This document shows, piece after piece, positions 8,685 to 20,154 of a DNA stretch of 63,093 bases (position 1 is the first letter of the stretch; every line of letters starts with the position of its first letter). The notes beneath the pieces are model-generated. The model was not told the origin of the DNA, did no database searches, and saw only the letters and a program-made list of their open reading frames with translations. The DNA is taken from assembly GCA_038821645.1 (NCBI GenBank), contig JAWBDT010000010.1:1-63093 (forward strand). The letters run 5' to 3'. Origin of the DNA: Ignisphaera sp. (GTDB lineage: Archaea; Thermoproteota; Thermoprotei_A; Sulfolobales; Ignisphaeraceae). The translations under genes were made by a program, and so were the position numbers.

Positions 8685-9221
8685 ATGAATCTGTGTATAA
8701 TTATGTTTCGATCTCAAGGAGTTGAGGAAGAGGTGATAAGATCATGTAAAACTGTTCTTGAGGATGTTTTTGTTGATTGTAGTGTTGAGATATCTAAGGA
8801 TGTTGTGGTTATTCCTGAGTATTTCTATAACTATGATAGGGGTCAGTATCTTGCTGATGGTATTGTCTATAGAGTTTCAGAGTTGGTTAAAATGGATTGT
8901 TTTGGTATTCTTTTAGCTAATGTTGATGCATATGTTGAAGGTCTGAATTTTGTTTTTGGTTTAGCTATACCGTGGTTAAGATCTGCTGCTGTATTTCTTT
9001 ATCGTTTAAGGTTTAGTACTAACTTCGATAATTATTTGCATAGAGTAGTGAAAGAGGTTATTCATGAACTTGGACATCTTCTAGGTTTAGAACATTGTAA
9101 GTCTCCTGGATGTGTAATGAATTTCAGTAATAGTGTTTATGATGTAGATAAGAAAGGTTATATGTTCTGTGATAAGTGTTTGAAGAAGTTGAGTAAGAAA
9201 GGTATTAGGACATCTGTATAG
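8685..9221 (+). CDS. amzA: archaemetzincin Zn metalloprotease
   Basis: HELGHLLGLEHC..CVMNFS..FCDKC; LNFVFG. Confidence 0.93.
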   Translation: MNLCIIMFRSQGVEEEVIRSCKTVLEDVFVDCSVEISKDVVVIPEYFYNYDRGQYLADGIVYRVSELVKMDCFGILLANVDAYVEGLNFVFGLAIPWLRSAAVFLYRLRFSTNFDNYLHRVVKEVIHELGHLLGLEHCKSPGCVMNFSNSVYDVDKKGYMFCDKCLKKLSKKGIRTSV

Positions 9222-9299
9222 AGCTACGCTATGTTTTCTAGTCATAAGTTTTATTAGATTGTGTAGACTATTTTTATATGATTTTAAGGTGGATCTATA

Positions 9300-9710
9300 T
9301 TGTCTTCAAAGCCTATGAGAATAGGTGTTTATATTCCTAAGGAACTGGCGGAAGAGATTACAAGAATAATGAATGAGATAGGAATAGATTCTGTATCTAA
9401 AGTTGTGCAAGAGGGTTTAAGACTCTATATAGCTGAGTATCGTTGGAGAACAGAAGGTGATGTTGTTGGTGCGATAGGTATTATCTATGATCATGAAGTA
9501 GGTCATGTTGATGAAGAGTTAACAGATCTTCAGCATAAGTATATAGATATTATAGTTTCTTCTCTCCATATTCATCTTGATTTAAGGAACTGCCTAATTA
9601 TAATTATAGTTAGAGGATTGTCTAAGACTATAAAGAAATTTTTAGAGGATATCGAGAAGATTAGAGGTGTGAAGATGGTTAGACTTATGTTGATGTCTAG
9701 ACAGTTATAA
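9300..9710 (+). CDS. nikR: NikR-family RHH metal-responsive regulator
   Basis: RHH N-terminus; YDH, QH, HIHLD..NC. Confidence 0.85.
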   Translation: MSSKPMRIGVYIPKELAEEITRIMNEIGIDSVSKVVQEGLRLYIAEYRWRTEGDVVGAIGIIYDHEVGHVDEELTDLQHKYIDIIVSSLHIHLDLRNCLIIIIVRGLSKTIKKFLEDIEKIRGVKMVRLMLMSRQL

Positions 9711-9754
9711 AAATAATGTAGGTACTTTACCATAAGTCTTATATCTGTAATTAA

Positions 9755-11032
9755 GTGAGTACTAAGGTGATGGTGCATAACGCTGTGAATAAGAAGCTCC
9801 ATAGATTAACCGACCTAAATGAAGCTATAGATAAAATGTCTAAAGAGATAATTATAGAATTAGCTAGCGAATGTATAGATGTTGTTAATGCATTGCTTCG
9901 TTTATCTTCAAGAGATATTGTTGCTGAGTATCCTCTGCCCTTTGTTGATAGAAGTGTTGTTGATGGATATGCTGTTAAAGCTGAAGACACTTATGGTGCT
10001 TCAGAGCACAATCCTATAGCTTTAAAGATTGTTGGAGAAGCCACATTTACTACATTCAATAAAATCTCTATAGATTCTGGAGAGGCTGTCAAGATATATA
10101 CAGGTGTTCCTCTACCTTCGGGAGCAAATGCTGTAGTCATGCTTGAGGATGCTATAGAGAATGGAGATATTGTCTACATTATGAAAAGTGTTAATGTTTA
10201 TGCAAATGTTGCTATACGTGGTGAAGATATAGCTCTAGGAAGAGTTATAGTTAGGAAAGGACATGTTATAGAGCCTAAACATATAGCTGCTTTAGTTGCG
10301 CTCGGTATCAATAAGCTAGAGGTGTATGAAAAAATTCGTGTCTGTATAGTGTCTACAGGTGATGAAGTTGTAGAAATAGGGTCTATTGATGCTGAAACAG
10401 TTCATTCTAAAGGACTTGTATTTAATTCTACAGCGTTTCTGCTTAAAAGTTACATGGATATGTTGAACTTCTTTAAACCCATGTATATAGGTATAGCGAG
10501 AGACTCTCGACATGAAATTATATCAGCTTTAGAAAAGAGTGTTGAATTATGTCATGTAGTTATAGTTACTGGTGGTGCTGGTCCTTCAGCCCATGATCTA
10601 TCAATCGAAAGTATTGAGAGTATAGGTGGTAAACTGGTAATACGGGGTATATCCATGAGGCCTGGAAGACCTACTAGTGCTGGTGTTGTTAATGGAAAGC
10701 CTGTTTTTATACTATCAGGATTTCCAGTAGCAGCATTTCTTGGCTTTAAGTTCTTCGTATTACCGGTAATAGAGAGAGTCCTCGGTATTGTTGTACCTAG
10801 ACGACGTATTTATGCTAAATTAACTAAACGTATTGCTAATATAGCTGGATACACAACCTTTACTAGAGTTAAATTAACTAAGTGTGGTAACGAGTTTTGT
10901 GCAGAGCCTCTAGCTTCTATGGGTTCAGGTATGATTTCAACATTATTGGATAGTGATGGTGTGGTAGTTGTTCCATCTAATCTAGAGGGTTTTGATGAGG
11001 GTCAATATGTTGATGTAGAATTGATTTATTAG
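9755..11032 (+). CDS. moeA: molybdopterin molybdotransferase
   Basis: RSVVDGYAV, STGDE, TGG, RPGRP, SGFP. Confidence 0.93.
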   Translation: MSTKVMVHNAVNKKLHRLTDLNEAIDKMSKEIIIELASECIDVVNALLRLSSRDIVAEYPLPFVDRSVVDGYAVKAEDTYGASEHNPIALKIVGEATFTTFNKISIDSGEAVKIYTGVPLPSGANAVVMLEDAIENGDIVYIMKSVNVYANVAIRGEDIALGRVIVRKGHVIEPKHIAALVALGINKLEVYEKIRVCIVSTGDEVVEIGSIDAETVHSKGLVFNSTAFLLKSYMDMLNFFKPMYIGIARDSRHEIISALEKSVELCHVVIVTGGAGPSAHDLSIESIESIGGKLVIRGISMRPGRPTSAGVVNGKPVFILSGFPVAAFLGFKFFVLPVIERVLGIVVPRRRIYAKLTKRIANIAGYTTFTRVKLTKCGNEFCAEPLASMGSGMISTLLDSDGVVVVPSNLEGFDEGQYVDVELIY

Positions 11033-11043
11033 ATGGGATAGGT

Positions 11044-12993
11044 ATGAGGAGGTTATTCCATAAGCTGGTTTCTCTCAACGAAGCTATCGAAATAATTGAA
11101 CATAATGTATCACTTTCACCACGAGGAATAGAGCAAGTCAATATCCTAGACTCTTTGGGACGTGTGCTTGCAGTTGACGTGTATGCCTCTATTGATTACC
11201 CGCCATTTGATAGATCTGAAGTTGATGGATATGCTGTTAAAGCTGAAGACACCTACGGTGCATATGAGTCTAGACCAGTAAGGCTACAGATTATAGGTTC
11301 TTTAAAGGTTGGTGAAATACCTCAGTACGATGTTGCAAGATTCAAGGCAGTAGAAATAGCTACAGGAGCTGTTATGCCTAGAGGATGCAATTCTGTTGTT
11401 ATGGAGGAATACACATCTAGAGAAAATGATTATGTGTATATCTATAGAGCAGTATCACCTCTAGAGAATGTGGCTATAGCGGGTAGCGATATATCTCGTG
11501 GCGAACTTGTTCTAATGAAGGGAACTAGGATAACACCTTTCGATATAGGGATACTAGCTGCATTAGGCTACAGTAGTATAGATGTTTATCTAAAACCACG
11601 TATAGCCGTAATATCGACAGGTAATGAAATTGCTGAACCGGGGCAACAGCTTAGATATGGACAAGTCTATGATTATAATGGATTTGCTGTAACATCATAC
11701 TTAAGATCTATAGGTGCTGATGCTTATTACCTTGGCATTGTACCTGATGATAGAGAAATTCTGAAAAGTATAGTGACTAAAGCTCTAGAGGAATACGATA
11801 TGATTATAACTTCTGGAGGTACTTCAGCAGGTATTGATGATGTTGTGTACCGCGTCATCGAAGATGTTGGTACTATCTTGGTCCATGGACTAGAGGTTAA
11901 ACCTGGTAAGCCGACAGTTATAGGTGTTTCTAGAGGCAAAATTATTATGGGGTTGCCTGGATTTCCGTTTTCTGCAATATCAGTATCTATAACTCTTCTA
12001 CGCTATATTGTTGAAAAACTTAGTGGAATAGAGTCACCAAATATCTATAGCAATCTGAAAGCTAGAATAACACAGAGGATACGTAAGGATGCTGGTAAAA
12101 CCCTCTATATACCTATAGCTATAGTTAGACGCAATTCAGATTATATAGCTATACCAATTCCATATCGTTCAGGAAGTATTACACCAATTATTAGAGCTGA
12201 TGGTGTAGCTGTTGTAGGTAGGGGTATAGAAATTGTAGAGGAAGGAGAAGAAGTTGATATCGTTATGTTTAATCCAGTATATAGAGAAGCAGTATTTATA
12301 GGAAGTCATGATGTGATCTTACCATTACTGATTAAACATGCAAACATTATGAATAGAGTCAAGCTACTGTATGTAGGTTCTCTAGCAGGACTTATTAATG
12401 TAGCTAAAGGTTATGGCGATATAGCACCCATACATCTTCTACATCCAGAATCAAAAGAATACAACCTACCTTACGTAATGCAGTACAAGGATCTTGTACT
12501 TCTATCTGGATACAGAAGAAGGCTTGTAATAGCTTTTCAGCGCGGCAATCCTAAAGGTATTAAAAGTGTTAGAGATTTCATTAGAAGCGATATAAGGATT
12601 GTTAATAGAAACCAAGGATCTGGAACAAGAACTATACTAGATATAATGCTCAAGGAGTTGGCAAAAGAACTAGGAATCTCTTTCGAAAATCTTATAAAAA
12701 AGATAGATGGTTATACATACGAAGTTACTAGCCATACAGGAGTAGCTGCAGCAATAGCGCAAGGAAGAGCTGATGTAGGGATATGTGTAGAGTATGCAGC
12801 CATACTCTACAATCTAGACTATATGCCGCTGACTTGGGAAGAATACGATTTCGCTATACATAGAGATAGTCTAGATAAACCAGTTATAACGAAATTCATT
12901 GAGTTCCTCAAATCTGGAAAAACACTAGAGATACTGAAGTCTATACCGGGGTACGATGTTAAGAGTAATATAGGCGAAATAGTTTATGGATAG
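11044..12993 (+). CDS. moeA: MoeA fused to a C-terminal periplasmic-binding-protein-like domain
   Basis: RSEVDGYAV, SGGTS, KPGKP; C-terminal GSHD, GSLAGL, NRNQGSGTR. Confidence 0.93.
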   Translation: MRRLFHKLVSLNEAIEIIEHNVSLSPRGIEQVNILDSLGRVLAVDVYASIDYPPFDRSEVDGYAVKAEDTYGAYESRPVRLQIIGSLKVGEIPQYDVARFKAVEIATGAVMPRGCNSVVMEEYTSRENDYVYIYRAVSPLENVAIAGSDISRGELVLMKGTRITPFDIGILAALGYSSIDVYLKPRIAVISTGNEIAEPGQQLRYGQVYDYNGFAVTSYLRSIGADAYYLGIVPDDREILKSIVTKALEEYDMIITSGGTSAGIDDVVYRVIEDVGTILVHGLEVKPGKPTVIGVSRGKIIMGLPGFPFSAISVSITLLRYIVEKLSGIESPNIYSNLKARITQRIRKDAGKTLYIPIAIVRRNSDYIAIPIPYRSGSITPIIRADGVAVVGRGIEIVEEGEEVDIVMFNPVYREAVFIGSHDVILPLLIKHANIMNRVKLLYVGSLAGLINVAKGYGDIAPIHLLHPESKEYNLPYVMQYKDLVLLSGYRRRLVIAFQRGNPKGIKSVRDFIRSDIRIVNRNQGSGTRTILDIMLKELAKELGISFENLIKKIDGYTYEVTSHTGVAAAIAQGRADVGICVEYAAILYNLDYMPLTWEEYDFAIHRDSLDKPVITKFIEFLKSGKTLEILKSIPGYDVKSNIGEIVYG

Positions 12994-13090
12994 AGTGACT
13001 TGTATATAGAGAACATTATCATTGTGTCTCTGTACATGATAAAACCATTTCCATTGTGTTACTAATGTGTAGCCCAAAACCTATAGCAGA

Positions 13091-13411
13091 TTATTTCTCA
13101 TATTCCTTAACACTATCCCTGATCCTGAATTTCACTATAATGTAATCATTATCAGCTTCATGATCGATATCGACAATATCTATATCTATACCTAAATCTT
13201 TAACTATATAGACATAATCTTCAATCCAGTCAATAACTCCACAAGTTCTACAAAAATGTCCAAAAAATTTCATACTAACATACTCACCATTAACATCCTC
13301 TATAACCCCTATAGCTTCAGGAGCTCTATACTTGTTATAGATGTCTACACCTTTCTTCAAGACATCAATAACACTGCTCCTATCTTCACTAGGTATCTCG
13401 TCTATTTCCAT
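13091..13411 (-). CDS. conserved archaeal CxxC protein (NifU-C-like)
   Basis: YNKYRAPEA and FFGHFCRTCG; GGTG ribosome-binding site. Confidence 0.65.
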   Translation of the reverse strand: MEIDEIPSEDRSSVIDVLKKGVDIYNKYRAPEAIGVIEDVNGEYVSMKFFGHFCRTCGVIDWIEDYVYIVKDLGIDIDIVDIDHEADNDYIIVKFRIRDSVKEYEK

Positions 13412-13609
13412 AAATTCACCACCAGATCTAGACTAGGTCAACTCTGCTACTAAAGGTAATAATTCTAACTAGCATGAAACTCTAGCATTATCGAACATTA
13501 ATGCGATGAGGATAACCGCTTAATTCTAGACACTCTATTTAGGAAAAATTTAAATATCCTGCTCCACATAACTCCAATGAAGTTGTATTGGTGACCTAGG
13601 TGCAGTTTT

Positions 13610-14398
13610 ATGCCGATTAGTCTCCGTAATGTTTACTCAGGTTACTCAAGAGGTAGCTACATATTGAAGGATATCAACATGGAGATCTCTTCTAACACTA
13701 TTGTGTTAGGTCCTAATGGAAGTGGCAAGACAACTTTGTTTAGAACTATTATCGGTATAACTCCTACTGTCAAGGGTGAGGTTAAAATAGATGATTTAGA
13801 TTTAGAGACAATACGTGGGTTCCCTGGCTTAGTTTCAACTAATCTTCGTGAAGTGTATATACAATATGTTGCTTCTGCATGGGAACTCGCCTCTCTTTAT
13901 CTCGATCTTCAGGGTGGTGATTTCGGTAGGTTCAATGAGTTGGTAAGGTTCTTCAACATAGCTAGAGATCTAGATAAAAAACCTTACAAGCTTTCAACTG
14001 GGACCCAGACACTACTATACGACTTGATAGCTCTATCCACTAATGCAAGGTATGTTCTCCTAGATGAGCCGTTTGAAGGCGTTGACCCAGCTAAGAGAGT
14101 GCTTCTCCTCAAGGAGATAATAAACTATAGGGGTACAGTATTGCTAAATACTCATACAACTTGGTTGCTCAAACAAATGAGTGAATGGAACGTCTATCTT
14201 ATGGTTCGTGGCCATGTATATGGGGTTATCAGTGTAAATGAGTTAGTATCGTCAAGAATATCTCTGAGCAGAGGATTAGACACATTGTTGGAGCTCAAAC
14301 TAGAAGATAAATCAATCTACTTGAACAAAGTAAACGGTATTCCGCTATCAGAACTAGACTCTCTAGATAAACTCTATGAAGTGATAACATGGCAGTAA
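13610..14398 (+). CDS. ABC transporter ATP-binding protein
   Basis: GPNGSGKT, degenerate signature LSTGT, LLDEP. Confidence 0.9.
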   Translation: MPISLRNVYSGYSRGSYILKDINMEISSNTIVLGPNGSGKTTLFRTIIGITPTVKGEVKIDDLDLETIRGFPGLVSTNLREVYIQYVASAWELASLYLDLQGGDFGRFNELVRFFNIARDLDKKPYKLSTGTQTLLYDLIALSTNARYVLLDEPFEGVDPAKRVLLLKEIINYRGTVLLNTHTTWLLKQMSEWNVYLMVRGHVYGVISVNELVSSRISLSRGLDTLLELKLEDKSIYLNKVNGIPLSELDSLDKLYEVITWQ

Positions 14399-15282
14399 GC
14401 AGATTATATAGAGTCTTAACCAAACACATCTTAACCAGCTATGAGTTCTGGTTCTTCTCGATATTCTTCACATTGTTTTGGGCTTTTATGGGAGCATATG
14501 CGTTTTCACGCAACTTAACAGTAGATACTTTACGTGAGATGCTGCTAAATCGCGGTGTTCCACCAGATATGATAAACAATATTATTGATGAAGCATGGAA
14601 TAGTGTTGTGAAAAGCTATTCTGGTGGATGGTTTGCTACAGTTGTAGTAATATCGTTTGGCTCTACCTCTATTGGACTTGTTCATTATGTCTACAACTCA
14701 ACTCTACCATTGAGATACTTATCTAAATTCTCTAAAATAACAAGTAGGCGGATCCTACTAGAATTAGTTATTGGTTCTCTTGTAGCATTACTAATAAGCT
14801 TCTTGATACTCTTTACTGTTTGTACAGCAATGTTTAGCCATAGATTCGATAAACTAATACTTCCCGAGAATCCACTAGGTTTAGCTCTAGCGAGTATTGT
14901 ATATGGTTTATTAATCTACCTACTATCAATGACCCTGGGTCTAACAGCAGTAGTTCTTAGAAAACCCGGTTTAATCACCAAGATATCATACATCCCATTT
15001 ACCCTTAGCATGGCTCTCTCACTACTAAGTGTATATGTAGGTGGAGAAGTATATCACTATACACCCTTTGTATCAGCAATGTCACTTCTGTTTTACTACT
15101 CTGCTAACATCAAGCCACCCTACGACAAGCCACTAGCATATAGTGGTAGTGATTTCACTCCAGTAGAGCCCCTACACGCTTGGATAGTACAAGTACTATG
15201 GATAACACTATTCACATTAACATCATTAATACTACTGAAAAAACAGAAAGGAATACCAGCAGAAGAAATACTAGCAACATAA
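14389..15282 (+). CDS. ABC-2-type permease
   Basis: About six TM segments; overlaps the ATPase gene. Confidence 0.8.
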   Translation: MAVSRLYRVLTKHILTSYEFWFFSIFFTLFWAFMGAYAFSRNLTVDTLREMLLNRGVPPDMINNIIDEAWNSVVKSYSGGWFATVVVISFGSTSIGLVHYVYNSTLPLRYLSKFSKITSRRILLELVIGSLVALLISFLILFTVCTAMFSHRFDKLILPENPLGLALASIVYGLLIYLLSMTLGLTAVVLRKPGLITKISYIPFTLSMALSLLSVYVGGEVYHYTPFVSAMSLLFYYSANIKPPYDKPLAYSGSDFTPVEPLHAWIVQVLWITLFTLTSLILLKKQKGIPAEEILAT

Positions 15283-16253
15283 CAGAAGAGAATCAAACCT
15301 CAAGACCTGAGACCCATCTTCTGTAGACAAACCTAAGTAACTAAACTAAGATACCCCTAAAGATGCTTAAGCCCGGATCTCTCTAGACATTATCTAGAGA
15401 ACCTACTGTTTGGTAATGAAACAACAAATGCTTTGCATATTACTCACTATTCTCTTCGTATAGCTACAGGGATCCAGAGGCTTCGATAGACCTTAAACTG
15501 AAAACTCTTGTAGCAATGATGAACCCAATGTATTTTATTTCTAGGTAATGGAAGGATATAGCCAACTATTGGATTGGAGCAGAGTCAAAAGATAATTTCG
15601 CATCAATATTTATGTAGGCAAATCTTAAGCTATAGCTTTAGAGAACCTTGGTAAATCTGTTGATTTCAAAATCTATTGGGACATTTAATTATGTTGATCA
15701 CGAATCTTGGAAACTAATGTAATGAATACAAAATATTACTGGTTATAGGATCCATATCCTCAAATAACTATCACAGATAACTACACAGATAATTACATAC
15801 ACTATGACTATAACCCATAAAGATATCTACCATATACCTAATACAGCACACAACAGTATTCTTGGAAATAGAAAGAATATAAAAACAGTTACACAAACCA
15901 TAAAGCCTCTGGTAATAGCAACAACACTCTTTAATAATACTAATAGCGATAACGGTTATAGTATACATCAAGAAAAAATAGTATCTTTGTAGATATTCTT
16001 AGCTAAACATTAAAGCATTGATAGGATTAATATATAGATGAAATCATGTAATAGCATAGCTTTACCTAATTCTTGTATAATTGGTAAAAATAGTTTGGTT
16101 ATGATATTGATACAAAAACGCTTCAAAGATTCGAGATCAAAGAATGCAAAATATCTGTATTTATATTGGGCCTAATGGTTTTGTATGACCGATACTTATT
16201 ACAATAATACAACTTCGGAGAATACTTAGGAGAATTGAATGTAGTTCTATTGC

Positions 16254-16329
<76 letters not shown>

Positions 16330-16447
16330 TTTAGTATAATGTGTTGTTGTTAACCTTTATTAATTTTTATTATTTTAGTTTGTTTTGCACCATTTATGCT
16401 TAGGCTTATAAAGTTTTCTTAGGATAATTTTGTAGTGGGATTCGGTA

Positions 16448-17077
16448 TTGAGTGATCCTGGTATTAGTGAATCGTTACCTACATTTTATAGAGCTTATCT
16501 ACAGATAGCGAACTTTATTTCGAATTCATTGTTAATCCTAAGGAGGAGTCAGGTTGAACAATTCGTAGAGGTTCTGGTTAAGGCTTATCATGAATCTAGA
16601 AAAGTTTTAGTTATGGGTGCTGGAAGAAGTGGTCTTGTTGGAAGAGCATTTGCTTTGCGTTTAAAGCATCTAGGTTTTGATGTATATGTTCTCGGTGACA
16701 CAATTATCTCGCCTGTGAGAAAGAATGATATAGCTATAGCTATATCTGGTTCTGGTAGAACAGCTCTCATAGTTACAGCAGCTGAAGCTGCTAAACAAGT
16801 TGGAGCTATAGTTGTGGCTATAACTACGTATATAGATTCACCATTAGCTAAACTTGCAGATATTGTTGTAGAAGTGCCTGGTAGAACTAAGGTTAGCGCA
16901 ATAGAGGATTATTTTGCTCGACAAGTGTTAGGCATACATGAACCTTTAGCACCTTTAGGGACTCTATTTGAAGATTGTACCATGGTCTTCTTGGACTCAA
17001 TTATAGCAGAACTCATGGGAAGACTTCACAAAAATGAAGAAGATTTACGTAATGAACATGCAAATATAGAGGTATAG
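16448..17077 (+). CDS. hxlB: 6-phospho-3-hexuloisomerase
   Basis: [23 protein letters not shown]. Confidence 0.95.
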   Translation: MSDPGISESLPTFYRAYLQIANFISNSLLILRRSQVEQFVEVLVKAYHESRKVLVMGAGRSGLVGRAFALRLKHLGFDVYVLGDTIISPVRKNDIAIAISGSGRTALIVTAAEAAKQVGAIVVAITTYIDSPLAKLADIVVEVPGRTKVSAIEDYFARQVLGIHEPLAPLGTLFEDCTMVFLDSIIAELMGRLHKNEEDLRNEHANIEV

Positions 17078-17179
17078 TGGGGCAGTACAACCTATTAACT
17101 AGATTACGATAAGATATAGTTACTGGTTTATCCATCTTTTACACTATTATGAAGAGAAGAGTTATAGTGATTAAAATAT

Positions 17180-18259
17180 TTAACCAAAGAGAGCTGCTAA
17201 ACCCTCTGCTAACTGTTCTTCTAAAGCTTCTGCTTTCTCTTCTTTCTTTTCTTCCTTTACTTCTTTAGTTTCTTCTAACTTTTGCTGTACTTGTTGTACC
17301 TGTATAGTGGGTACAGCTGATGATAATTCAGGTATTCTTTGTGCTAGTATTGATGCTAATGTGTATACCTTCATTAATGCTGCTCTAAACACTAAAGGTG
17401 CTATATCTCTTGTGACTATACCTGTCTCTATAGCTAAATTACATGCTCTTGCATATGCTCTTGATATTGCTAACCTAACTATATCTGGCTCTGGAACTAC
17501 AAATTCTACAGCTAGAGATAACGCACTCTTTATACCATCAATAATACTGCTCTTTACACCCTCTACATCTATAACAAGTTTATCAGCAGGTATTACAAGA
17601 CCTCCTTCATATGCCAACTTAATCTTCGGTTTTAAAAGCTTAGGCTCTATACCGAGTTTATCAAGTAATGATGCTAACTCTTGTGTAACGGTATCACCTG
17701 GCTTCGCTATAGTTGCTTCTCTCATAATCCATATAACTCCATCCCTAACTTGTATAGGTATCTTGAGTCTTCCAAAGAGACTCATGATTGGACCTGGTTT
17801 TAGTTCTGTTCTCGTTGGTGGAACAATTATTTCGTTTTCAATCTTGTCTCCAGGTTTAACCCTATGAGTTATAGCTATTTTATCCATTATAAGTTTAGCT
17901 TCAAAAGCATTAAGATTAGTAAAGACAGCAACATTTGGACCTGTTAAATATTTCGCTACTTCTTCAGTATTTGGCATACCTAGCTCGTTTAGCGCTTTAA
18001 GGAGTAATTTATTCTTAATCATCTTGATATAGAATATATCTCCATACATTCGCCTCATATGTAGATATAGTTTCGATGGTACTCCCGTACCTTCAAGCAA
18101 GATAAGTGTCCTATACTTAGTCAATAGTTTTTTTGTCTCCTCTATTACAACTCTTTTCTCTTCTAGCGAAGGCCTAGTCTTCTCTTCTTTGATAACCTTT
18201 TTTTGTGTCTTATACACCTTTACTAATTTCTCGAGCTCTTTCTTTAAACCGATCTTCAT
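17180..18259 (-). CDS. rpl10: 50S ribosomal protein L10 (P0)
   Basis: KNKL, L.GPN, T.LKPGP, acidic tail GLAALFG. Confidence 0.95.
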   Translation of the reverse strand: MKIGLKKELEKLVKVYKTQKKVIKEEKTRPSLEEKRVVIEETKKLLTKYRTLILLEGTGVPSKLYLHMRRMYGDIFYIKMIKNKLLLKALNELGMPNTEEVAKYLTGPNVAVFTNLNAFEAKLIMDKIAITHRVKPGDKIENEIIVPPTRTELKPGPIMSLFGRLKIPIQVRDGVIWIMREATIAKPGDTVTQELASLLDKLGIEPKLLKPKIKLAYEGGLVIPADKLVIDVEGVKSSIIDGIKSALSLAVEFVVPEPDIVRLAISRAYARACNLAIETGIVTRDIAPLVFRAALMKVYTLASILAQRIPELSSAVPTIQVQQVQQKLEETKEVKEEKKEEKAEALEEQLAEGLAALFG

Positions 18260-18264
18260 TATAT

Positions 18265-18927
18265 CTACACCTCTATAGCTGGACTACTTGTAGTCTTCAC
18301 ATATATTCTAGCTGTCTGAATTAATGGTCTTTTAATCTTGTCTTCAACATACTTAAGAACAGCTATAGCGTTATCAACTAATTGATCTATACTCATCGAT
18401 TCTAGACCTATACTACAACCAACCCAGGGCTGATCCTTGGATCTTAATGTAGTTATCTTTCTATGTTGCTCAATAAAACTCACAATATCTACATTCACAG
18501 GCATAGCTATAGGAGCTTTACCTCTCGGACCAAGTGCTGGTCCAAGAGATCTACCAACTAGACCCATGAGAGGTGCTCGAACAAGTACAAAATCACATTG
18601 TTGAGCTATCTTCTTTGCAGTCTTTTTATCCATATTCTGTATATCACTCTTAGTTATAACCATATGAACCAGTCCCGAAATAGTCTGGGCCATACCATCA
18701 TCAACTACAACACATATCTTTGGTTCCTTTCCTAAACCATGTGGTAAAAGAACGTTGTCTCTAAACCTAAACTCTTGCTGTTTTTTAACATCAATACCCT
18801 TGAAGGTTAGAATAAGTTCTACACTTTGTTTATATCTCCAAGGCTTTTTACTTTTGATGGCAAGCTCTATCGCTGTTTTTAGTCTAGGTTTTAGTTCCTC
18901 GATAGCTATACTCATATCTAAATTCAC
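18265..18927 (-). CDS. rpl1: 50S ribosomal protein L1
   Basis: QSVEL, LPHG, LGPRGK; synteny. Confidence 0.95.
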   Translation of the reverse strand: MNLDMSIAIEELKPRLKTAIELAIKSKKPWRYKQSVELILTFKGIDVKKQQEFRFRDNVLLPHGLGKEPKICVVVDDGMAQTISGLVHMVITKSDIQNMDKKTAKKIAQQCDFVLVRAPLMGLVGRSLGPALGPRGKAPIAMPVNVDIVSFIEQHRKITTLRSKDQPWVGCSIGLESMSIDQLVDNAIAVLKYVEDKIKRPLIQTARIYVKTTSSPAIEV

Positions 18928-19433
18928 CTAGAGAGCCATTCATTCTCATATCTTTTAAGGATATCGTCGTATACTCCTCGATCTATATCTCTAGAAACAT
19001 CTTTAGGATCTTTTCCTTCTACAGTAATACCTATAGATCTAGCTGAACCAAGAACTGTCTTTATAGCTCCCTTTAATGATTTAGCTGTAAGTTCAGGTTT
19101 TTTAAGTATAGCTATTTTCACAACATCCTCAAGTTTTATATTCCCAACCTTCTTGTGCATAGGATCTCCAGAAGGCTCAGAGACATTTGCAATATTGAGT
19201 AAGAGACTTGTAATTGTTGGAAGCTCAAGCTGAATGTCGTAATTCTTAGAGTCGAGATCTATAATCAGTTTTACTGTTAAGATGTATCCACGATATTTTT
19301 CAGTGATCTTATTTATTCTGTCTATAACCTCAGCTACATTTAGTCCTGCATCAGCTATAGCGGGACCTAGAGGTGGCTCTGGCTTAGCTTCACCACCCTT
19401 AATCTGCATTTTTACAACCTTTATCCTACTCAT
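18924..19433 (-). CDS. rpl11: 50S ribosomal protein L11
   Basis: GGEAKPEPPLGPA, GSARSIG. Confidence 0.95.
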   Translation of the reverse strand: MSRIKVVKMQIKGGEAKPEPPLGPAIADAGLNVAEVIDRINKITEKYRGYILTVKLIIDLDSKNYDIQLELPTITSLLLNIANVSEPSGDPMHKKVGNIKLEDVVKIAILKKPELTAKSLKGAIKTVLGSARSIGITVEGKDPKDVSRDIDRGVYDDILKRYENEWLSR

Positions 19434-19436
19434 GAT

Positions 19437-19946
19437 TTATCTCCCACCTTTAGCAGGTCTAATATAATCAACAGGTACGGTAATTGTTAGAGGATAGTTA
19501 GCTTCTAAAATATTAAGCGAAACCTCGTTACGGGCTCTATCTACAGCTGTAATTTTAGCTTTCATACCTCTGAATGGTCCTGCTACAACCTCTACTTCTT
19601 CACCAATCTGTATAAGATCTATCAATGGTTTAGGCTTAACCATAGATTCTAGATCCTCCCAACGTAATGTACCTGAAACCTTTCCTTTGACATGTTTCAA
19701 ACCTCTTATAGCTTCATAGATCATCTGGAGATTCCTAGCTTCCATAACGATGTACCCCCTTAGGCTAGGTATAGATAGTATTGAAAATATTGGAAGATTG
19801 CTTGTTTTAGTTCTTGTTTCAACAAGTAAAGCTACATTTAACTCTTGACCTGCAGTAGTTCTAACTATGAATAACGTGTTACGGAATGTAGTAACAGAAG
19901 ATCCTGAAGCTGTAAATGACTCTTCATGTATATCTTCTTGATTCAT
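19437..19946 (-). CDS. spt5: transcription elongation factor Spt5 (NusG)
   Basis: VRTTAGQE NGN domain; KOW GPFRG. Confidence 0.95.
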   Translation of the reverse strand: MNQEDIHEESFTASGSSVTTFRNTLFIVRTTAGQELNVALLVETRTKTSNLPIFSILSIPSLRGYIVMEARNLQMIYEAIRGLKHVKGKVSGTLRWEDLESMVKPKPLIDLIQIGEEVEVVAGPFRGMKAKITAVDRARNEVSLNILEANYPLTITVPVDYIRPAKGGR

Positions 19947-19956
19947 TTAAAACCAC

Positions 19957-20154
19957 CTATGGACTCACACCTACTCCGAAAACCGTGAGCAACATTGATA
20001 TAGCCATAGCTATACCGAATGATAGAGCTCCAACAACTATGAAGCCCAACATCACAATCTTAAATATCTGCTTAAATTCACTACCTTCAGGTTTCTCTGC
20101 TAGCTCCAGTATCTTGGTCATATCTTTAAAATAGTCGGTGAATTTCCTTGACAT
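19957..20154 (-). CDS. secE: protein translocase SecE / Sec61-gamma
   Basis: LAEKP..EF followed by one TM segment; synteny. Confidence 0.9.
   Translation of the reverse strand: MSRKFTDYFKDMTKILELAEKPEGSEFKQIFKIVMLGFIVVGALSFGIAMAISMLLTVFGVGVSP

Noticed and set aside
13503-13525. GCGATGA followed by GGATAACCGCT, similar to a 23S rRNA segment
   Set aside because: Same sense as rRNA and no D box; probably chance
15771-15992. Two short overlapping ORFs
   Set aside because: Low-complexity skewed DNA with no motifs; not credible genes
17307-17867. 186-aa plus-strand ORF
   Set aside because: Antisense shadow of rpl10; no motifs
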